Assembly: GCA_001938485.1 (NCBI GenBank)
Contig: MQRK01221289.1
Span: forward strand, 1-64,000
DNA: 64,000 nt
Reading direction: 5' to 3'
Origin: Girardia tigrina
Taxonomy: Eukaryota
Position 1 is the first letter of the stretch, and the number at the start of each line of letters is the position of its first letter. Under the pieces are notes generated by a model. The model was not told the origin of the DNA, did no database searches, and saw only the letters and a program-made list of their open reading frames with translations. This document shows positions 62,364 to 64,000 of this stretch, in pieces. A program made the translations under genes and the position numbers.

Positions 62364-63293
62364 CCCCTTTTTAGATATGTCATACTTAATAATAGAATCG
62401 AATGCCGCGATATCAGAAAAAATAAAGGTTCATTTCTTCGTAGACCACTACTTCCAGAAGAAATACGTAACCGTATACGCGTCCTTGATGGAGAATACGC
62501 GATCGATAAGGAAAAGAAGCATTATCTAGTATCCGTCGCAATTTTAAATTACCACGGGGAAACGTTAATGCATACGTTAGTTAAGCCCAGAGCCCGCATA
62601 GAAAACTTCTCATCCTTTTGTCACGGTATCGCAGATGCTGATGTGCGTGGACAATTGGATGAATATAAAGCAATCGACCAAATCCACAGACATCTACATG
62701 GAAATATTTTGTTAGGTCATGATGTCCAATTGGACATCAAAGCATGTGCAATTCCAGTACAATCATTAATGGGAATAAGAGATACGTCGGCAGCGCAAGT
62801 CTTCTACGACAAATATCAATTGGAACATCGGAATCAATTCCTTTCCCTAAAAACCTTAGCCCGAATTGTGTTGAAAAGGGAAGTACAACAGGGATATCAT
62901 TCCGCAAAGGAGGACGTCGACACTATATTGGCTATTTATAAGACAGTTGAGAAAGAATGGACTGATTCCATCTCCACTCAAGATAGCCAGAAACTTTTGG
63001 GACCCCAGAAAAATGCACCAATTTTACGTAAATCGCGACAGAACACAGTTGTCTCCCATTACCCTCCGTCAGTTACAACAGACGCCTGGTTATCTGATTC
63101 AGATATCCTCTCTGTGATGAAACATGAACCTATATCACGGGTTGAGAATACAACAAATTGGGTTCAACAAATGCCCACACCAATACCGTCTAAATCGGCT
63201 CGTCTATCGCTTGAGCATTATAAAAACAACCAATGCACTGGTATTAGTCAACTTGATTGTTTTTATATTTTTTATAGCTTTTTAGAGTATTAG
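62364..63293 (+). CDS. DEDDh 3'-5' exonuclease (REXO4/ISG20-like, DnaQ fold), probably part of a longer disrupted or spliced ORF from about 61540
   Basis: Open frame 62364-63293 with ExoI VLDGEY (D codon at 62487, upstream of the listed ATG), ExoII LLGHDVQLD, IRDTS, SLKTLA and ExoIII HSAKED. Confidence 0.8.
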   Translation, partial: PLFRYVILNNRIECRDIRKNKGSFLRRPLLPEEIRNRIRVLDGEYAIDKEKKHYLVSVAILNYHGETLMHTLVKPRARIENFSSFCHGIADADVRGQLDEYKAIDQIHRHLHGNILLGHDVQLDIKACAIPVQSLMGIRDTSAAQVFYDKYQLEHRNQFLSLKTLARIVLKREVQQGYHSAKEDVDTILAIYKTVEKEWTDSISTQDSQKLLGPQKNAPILRKSRQNTVVSHYPPSVTTDAWLSDSDILSVMKHEPISRVENTTNWVQQMPTPIPSKSARLSLEHYKNNQCTGISQLDCFYIFYSFLEY

Positions 63294-64000
63294 TCCAGAA
63301 GCGAATAAACTAAGTTGACTAAAATATGTCTCTTAGTGAACCTAGTTGTATTCTTTTGTAATTTAAACCGAAAACAAAATAAAATCAGACAAATACAGAT
63401 TAAACCTTTTTAATATTATTGCTATAACAAATCAACAAAATAGAGAATAAAGTACCGTACGAATGTCAAAATTAGTTCAAAAAACAAACTGTCCAAATAA
63501 TAAATTAAGTAGAATTAGTTCCGTATTCTTCGTTGGTTAGGCCAAAAATTTTACTATGTTTATTTAAAATTTTATTGATTTTGTAAATCAATATGAATTT
63601 TAAATTTTAATTAACCATAGCAAAATATGATTATAATATAATTTCCTTTTCGTCTTCCATTGTGACCTTCTTATTAATTTCTTTACTGGGACTCCCTCTT
63701 TTACTTTCTGACTTCACCATTTTGTAAAAAAANNNNAAAAATACATAAAAACAAAGTAATGCCAAAAATAAAAACAAAACAAATGAACGAAAGTACATGA
63801 AGCAAGGAACACACATGTAAAAATAAAATACACATCGTTAGGTTGAAAGTAAAAAAAAAATAAATATTAATTTAGCCAGTGGACTATTACAAGCATACTT
63901 CCCCTACCGTCAAAAATTTAGTCAACGATTCCGACTCTTACTTTACTGAAGAGGAGGATCTTGACCTATTAGTACCCATTGACTTGGATCTGATTAACCC

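Overview
AT-rich, transposon-dense eukaryotic (animal) genomic DNA with several assembly gaps. Bimodal intron sizes (48-69 nt versus 2-10 kb) and the TE mix suggest a planarian-type flatworm; this is inference only. The main host gene is a complete 13-exon peroxisomal acyl-CoA oxidase 3 (ACOX3-like, 696 aa, minus strand, 53336 to 14652). Its large introns are filled with mariner, pogo, MULE, hAT, Harbinger-like, Sola-like, Helentron-like, SINE and LINE remnants. Outside it are an intronless divergent Ser/Thr kinase, piggyBac/MULE/Gypsy relics and, at the right end, a probable large-LTR-element region with a spliced antisense TM/coiled-coil ORF and a DEDDh exonuclease. The most notable hidden signals are: (1) a full-length RTE-like LINE with a 12-bp TSD whose 5' end folds into a canonical HDV-like ribozyme, with three C-terminal C2H2 fingers and no poly(A) tail, inserted into the GIY-YIG gene of a Penelope-like element that carries minimal hammerhead motifs; (2) a separate hammerhead with an intact core at 52.4 kb; (3) a 5S rRNA-derived SINE; (4) a helically phased array of RFX X-boxes plus CCAAT boxes at the end of an unclassified element.
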